64,000 bases of DNA from a bacterium (GTDB lineage: Bacteria; Lindowbacteria; 2-12-FULL-62-27): contig JACQOF010000097.1 in assembly GCA_016202645.1 (NCBI GenBank), forward strand, positions 16,955 to 80,954. Direction: 5' to 3'. The position numbers and the translations under genes are program-made. Positions 60,537-64,000 of the stretch are shown here, one piece after another (the stretch's first letter is position 1; each line of letters starts with the position of its first letter). The notes under the pieces were generated by a model that made no database searches, had not been told where the DNA came from, and saw only the letters and a list, made by a program, of their open reading frames with translations.

Positions 60537-62144
60537 TTAGGCCCCATCCCTGTCTTTTTCCGCGGCGGTTTTCTCAGTGGAAGTTTTTGATTCACCCAGT
60601 CGTTTGGAAAAGAGTTTGAGGGCCTCCTCAAACGTCATGGGCGGGTGTTTTTCGACGATTTCTTTTTCGTGGGATTCCGCTTCATGTTCCTCGTCGGTCT
60701 TCGTGGCCTTCCCGCGCTTGACTTTGACCTTGTCGGCCTTCACCTTCTCCTTCGTGTCTTCGTCCACGGCCTTCTCCCCATCCGCCCCTTTGTCCTCCTG
60801 CGCCTTCGCCGCGCGTTCGGCCAGAACTTTTTTGTAGGCCTCCTTCGCGCCCTCGATCAGCTTCTCGGCTTTCTTTGCGCCGATCCCCTCCACGTCCACC
60901 AGCTCCTCCGGTTTGGCCTCCTGCAGACGCTGAAGAGAAAATCCGGCTTCGGTAAGGGCCTTCGCGGCTTTCGGGCCGACGCCCGGGATGGTCTGAAGGT
61001 CCTTCTGGAGGTCCTCGGCGGTGGCGAAGAGTTTCGCGGCGGCCTCTTTGGCGGCTTTGGAGGCGATCTCGGCGTAGGACGTTTCGCTGTAGATGTCGAT
61101 TCGCTTCTGCGTGAGGCGCGCCGCCAGCCTCGCGTTCTGGCCCTGCTTGCCGATGGCCAGGGAAAGCTGGTTGTCGGGCACGACGACATGGACCGTGTGG
61201 CCGTCCATCTGGAGGACGACTTTGGTGACCTGGGCGGGGGAGAGGGCGTTTTTGCAGAAGACGGAAATTTCCTCGTGCCAGGGAACGATGTCGATTTTTT
61301 CCCCGGGGACCTCTTTCAAGATCATCCGGATCCGGCTGCCGCGGACGCCCACGCACGCGCCGATCGGATCGACGTTCGGATCGTTGCTCTTGACGCCGAT
61401 TTTGGTCCGCACGCCCGCTTCGCGGACGATGGCCTTGATTTCGATGAGGCCGTCGAAAACTTCGGGGATTTCCATCTTGAAAAGTTTCTCCACCAGCCTC
61501 GGGTGCGTCCGCGACACGATGATGAGCGGCCCCCGGAGACCCTTGCGGACCCGGACGACGTAGACTTTGAGGCGGTCGCCGACGCTGTAGATTTCCCGGT
61601 TGATCTGTTCCTTGAGCGGCATGATCGCCTCGACTTTGTCGAGGTTCAAGATGACCTTGTCGCCGATGATCTTCTGGACGATCACGGTGACGACTTCGCC
61701 CTCCCGCGTCCGGTATTCCTCGTAGAGAAGGTCCCGTTCGGCCTCGCGGATGCGCTGGACGAGGACCTGCCGGGCGGTCTGCGCGGCGATGCGGCCGAAT
61801 TCCTCGACGTCGAAAACAAGTTTCTCGCCGGGCAGTCGCGCGCCGATCTCGGCGTCCTTGCGGCGCTTTTTGGCATCTTCAAGCGATACCTGCAGTTCCG
61901 GATCCTCGACGGTTTCGACGACGTCGTAATAGCGCGAAAACGTGATCTCGGCGTTTTTGCGGTCGACGCGGGTTTCGACGTTAAAGAGAACCCCATGATT
62001 CTTCCGGTAGGCCGACACGAGCGAGGCTTCCACCGCCTGGAACATGATCTCCCGGTCGATGCCCTTTTCCTTTTCGATCTCGTCGATGGCCTGCAGAAGC
62101 GCCTCGCGATTGACGGCGGAGGAAGGTTTGCGTTTGGTGGCCAT
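60537..62144 (-). CDS. nusA: Transcription termination/antitermination factor NusA (with HhH and Lys/Glu-rich C-terminal extension)
   Basis: N-terminal domain, S1 (GEVVTVIVQKI), KH1/KH2 (GACVGVRGSRI; AIGKQGQNARLA), and HhH (IPGVGPKAAKAL...VEGIGAKKAEKL). Confidence 0.95.
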   Translation of the reverse strand: MATKRKPSSAVNREALLQAIDEIEKEKGIDREIMFQAVEASLVSAYRKNHGVLFNVETRVDRKNAEITFSRYYDVVETVEDPELQVSLEDAKKRRKDAEIGARLPGEKLVFDVEEFGRIAAQTARQVLVQRIREAERDLLYEEYRTREGEVVTVIVQKIIGDKVILNLDKVEAIMPLKEQINREIYSVGDRLKVYVVRVRKGLRGPLIIVSRTHPRLVEKLFKMEIPEVFDGLIEIKAIVREAGVRTKIGVKSNDPNVDPIGACVGVRGSRIRMILKEVPGEKIDIVPWHEEISVFCKNALSPAQVTKVVLQMDGHTVHVVVPDNQLSLAIGKQGQNARLAARLTQKRIDIYSETSYAEIASKAAKEAAAKLFATAEDLQKDLQTIPGVGPKAAKALTEAGFSLQRLQEAKPEELVDVEGIGAKKAEKLIEGAKEAYKKVLAERAAKAQEDKGADGEKAVDEDTKEKVKADKVKVKRGKATKTDEEHEAESHEKEIVEKHPPMTFEEALKLFSKRLGESKTSTEKTAAEKDRDGA

Positions 62145-62146
62145 GC

Positions 62147-62626
62147 CTAGATTGCGACCTCGGTCTGGAGCTTGGCGCGGAGGATATCGCTGAAGGGAAG
62201 AAAGGGGAGCGCGTCGGATTCGAGCGTGATGCCGTCGTCGGACACGGCAAGGAGTTTCGCGCGGACGGTCTGCTTGACCCCGCCGGTCCTGGCGGTCACT
62301 TCGACCGGCTGTCCCACAGCCGATTCGAAGTGGTCCTTGCGGCGGAGCCGCCGGAAAATCCCGGGCGAGGAAACTTCAACACGGCCCTCCCTGGGAAAAA
62401 GGCCCTGCAGAGTCAGGAATGGGATCAAGACTTTGGCAAACGCATCGATTTCACCGATCGACACCCCCGCCCGTTCAGGCTGAGCCTCCCCGGTTGACGG
62501 GCATTTTTCGACAAAGACCCGGAGAAGCGGCCGGCCAAGGCTCACGAATTCAATATCGTAGACCGCCAGGCCATACCTCCCGGCCATCGGCGCGATCTCA
62601 GTTTCAATGGTCCCGACTTCCGTCAT
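62147..62626 (-). CDS. rimP: Ribosome maturation factor RimP
   Basis: LAVYDIEFVSLGRPLLRVFVE...VEVSSPGIFRRL. Start set at MTEVGTIE. Confidence 0.85.
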   Translation of the reverse strand: MTEVGTIETEIAPMAGRYGLAVYDIEFVSLGRPLLRVFVEKCPSTGEAQPERAGVSIGEIDAFAKVLIPFLTLQGLFPREGRVEVSSPGIFRRLRRKDHFESAVGQPVEVTARTGGVKQTVRAKLLAVSDDGITLESDALPFLPFSDILRAKLQTEVAI

Positions 62627-62754
62627 GCGGCATTCCCTTCCATACTCCTTTTTGCCAACCCCCCGCCAACAATACAAAATGCGTGGGGATTGCCCACGCA
62701 TTCGGCAGGAGAAAGGATCAGTCTATGTCAGCTGGCCCCAAAAAGCAAGCTTTT

Positions 62755-63216
62755 TTAGAACAGCGCCGGGGTCAGGAGGTTTCGGTAGAGGAAGATGAGG
62801 GCGAGGATCGCCAGGCCGGCGCCGGTCAGGCGGGCATCCAGGATGGAACGCCTGATGGAGGTCCTTAGAGATCCGGATTTGTGCCGGGAGAAACGGTTGG
62901 CGTAGGGGAAGGCCATGAAGATGACGCCGCAAACGACGAGGGCAAGAGGCATCGCCCAGCGGAAGACTGTGTAGCCGCCCAGGAGCGCGGCGAGGAATGC
63001 GGCCGTGACCAGGGCCACCTGCGAGAGAAACCACCCTTTCACGTGACGGGCATACCGGCGATAGTATTGGCTCGCCGAGGCCTGACATGCCTCGCCGCAG
63101 GCGGGGAACCGGCGTGCGACTTTCTGAAAGGGATCCCCGAATCCTTCCGGTATCCCGGCCTCGAACTCCGGTAAATTCTCGCCATCCTTTCCGCACCACT
63201 CGCATTTGGGGTTCAT
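62755..63216 (-). CDS. Hypothetical zinc-ribbon membrane protein
   Basis: CEWCGK...CGEAC followed by 3-4 hydrophobic helices. ATG at 63216 preceded by GGAGAG and an (AT)n tract at 63223-63233. The ORF-track TTG start at 63249 is less likely. Confidence 0.5.
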   Translation of the reverse strand: MNPKCEWCGKDGENLPEFEAGIPEGFGDPFQKVARRFPACGEACQASASQYYRRYARHVKGWFLSQVALVTAAFLAALLGGYTVFRWAMPLALVVCGVIFMAFPYANRFSRHKSGSLRTSIRRSILDARLTGAGLAILALIFLYRNLLTPALF

Positions 63217-63321
63217 CTCTCCATATATATATAGTATGCGGGAGCCCAATTGTTCAATGGCCTTTCTGTTGACACGGGGGGTTCTTTCGCTAATCCGCTT
63301 ATGTCTGGTAGTCTCTCTGAT

Positions 63322-64000
63322 ATGAGTGAGCCATCGTCAGACAAATCGGGTGGTTTGGATCGGACAGATCATTTCAAAAAACTGCGCCCAAGCGGAGGTT
63401 ATCGGACCCTCCGGAGCTTCCAGGTTACAACGGTCATCTACGATGCGACCGTGTCGTTCTGCGCGCGTTTCATGGACAAGCGCTCGCGCACGGTGGATCA
63501 GATGGTGCAGGCGGCGCGCAGCGGGCGGCAGAACATTGCCGAGGGTAGTCGGGCTTCGGCCACTTCCAGCCAAACCGAATTGCGCCTGGTCAATGTCGCT
63601 CGGGCCAGCCTTGACGAGCTGTTGCTCGACTACGAGGACTTCCTGCGACAGCGCGGTAAACGACAGTGGGGCAAGGACGACCCGGAAGCCCGGGCGGTGC
63701 GGGAAGTGAGGATTGGGGAAAAAAAGGATCCGACGAATCCGTCCGATGCGTCTGATTGGAATCTTTACGCCCCATGGCTCACGCACGCCGACCCCACCGT
63801 GGTGGCCAATTCGCTCATCTGTCTCATCCACCAGGCCAACTATCTGCTGGATCGGCAAATATCCGGTCTGGAACGTGATTTCATTCACGAGGGTGGCTAC
63901 AGCGAACGCCTGGCGGCGGCGCGAATCGCCGAACGCCAAAGGAAAGCGCAGACGGATCAGTCTGATCAGGAATTTCCCGTCTGTCCGAGTTGCGGCAAGA
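63322..64000 (+). CDS. Four-helix-bundle protein (23S rRNA intervening-sequence protein / Avd-like family), 3' end outside window
   Basis: Not in the ORF track because it has no stop in the window. I translated it by hand from the ATG at 63322: MSEPSSDKSGGLDRTDHFKKLRPSGGYRTLRSFQVTTVIYDATVSFCARFMDKRSRTVDQMVQAARSGRQNIAEGSRASATSSQTELRLVNVARASLDELLLDYEDFL... No stop occurs up to 63999. The QxxRAxxSxxxNIAEG...ASxxEL pattern is diagnostic. Confidence 0.75.
   Translation, partial: MSEPSSDKSGGLDRTDHFKKLRPSGGYRTLRSFQVTTVIYDATVSFCARFMDKRSRTVDQMVQAARSGRQNIAEGSRASATSSQTELRLVNVARASLDELLLDYEDFLRQRGKRQWGKDDPEARAVREVRIGEKKDPTNPSDASDWNLYAPWLTHADPTVVANSLICLIHQANYLLDRQISGLERDFIHEGGYSERLAAARIAERQRKAQTDQSDQEFPVCPSCGK

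Noticed and set aside
58242-62150. Long plus-strand ORFs (58242-60158, 638 aa; 60645-62150, 501 aa) antisense to infB and nusA
   Set aside because: They are shadow ORFs of high-GC genes: D/G/R/F-rich, without motifs. The minus-strand frames encode unmistakable IF-2 and NusA. The same reasoning applies to 52007-53173 (anti-pnp), 56729-57778 (anti-nrnA), 42001-43038 (anti-CsgG-like), 28059-29036 and 29203-30024 (anti-pseFG/neuB), 6626-7528, 4015-5001, 35648-36451 and 63337-63939.
63326-63709. 127-aa plus-strand ORF listed in the track
   Set aside because: It is out of frame with the much better four-helix-bundle reading frame, which starts at 63322 and stays open to the window end with diagnostic family motifs.
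1-64000. Scan for tRNA, rRNA, tmRNA, SRP RNA, riboswitches and CRISPR arrays in intergenic spacers
   Set aside because: I recognised none by eye in the spacers longer than 100 nt (10448-10589, 12411-12561, 25882-26023, 32140-32261, 43542-43907, 46566-46886, 54329-54516). This is not exhaustive; tRNAscan-SE and Infernal/Rfam should be run.

Overview
High-GC bacterial chromosomal window. I cannot assign the lineage from sequence alone, and I recognised no rRNA, tRNA or CRISPR by eye. There are three parts.

(1) Positions 1 to ~41.8 kb form a very large, compositionally mosaic surface-glycan biosynthesis and tailoring island.
- GT-B glycosyltransferases.
- A heptose-nucleotide module: GmhA, a domain-swapped HldE-like enzyme and three SDR epimerase/dehydratases.
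- A pseudaminic-acid-type nonulosonate module: a NeuB/PseI-family synthase, a PseF-PseG fusion, two DegT-family aminotransferases and Maf/DUF115-like transferases.
- A complete PAPS sulfation cycle: CysC, Sat and a C-terminally truncated pyruvate-kinase-like gene (all translationally coupled), a CysQ-like phosphatase and two sulfotransferases.
- At least five SAM methyltransferases, two B12-type radical-SAM paralogs and one radical-SAM/SPASM enzyme.
- The most unusual item: two paralogous radical-SAM/SPASM-like proteins that have lost the CxxxCxxC cluster triad. They bracket a tailoring module in inverted orientation.
- Many functions occur as paralog pairs.

(2) Positions ~41.8-46.9 kb are an accessory patch that looks more AT-rich by eye. 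It holds a CsgG-like lipoprotein, a DUF5678-like/retropepsin-like pair, a fatty-acid hydroxylase, and an HTTM-DCC fusion translationally coupled to a small membrane protein.

(3) Positions 46.9-62.7 kb are a conserved minus-strand housekeeping block: rimP-nusA-infB-DUF503-rbfA-nrnA-truB-ribF-rpsO-pnp, then ftsK, rodZ, pgsA, pgpA and truA.

Two short palindromic repeat families are present. One is an intergenic double-hairpin element with five copies. The other is a ~79-nt element inserted in-frame inside ribF and inside a methyltransferase gene, read in different frames.

All functional calls rest on motifs read from the supplied translations. No database search was possible.
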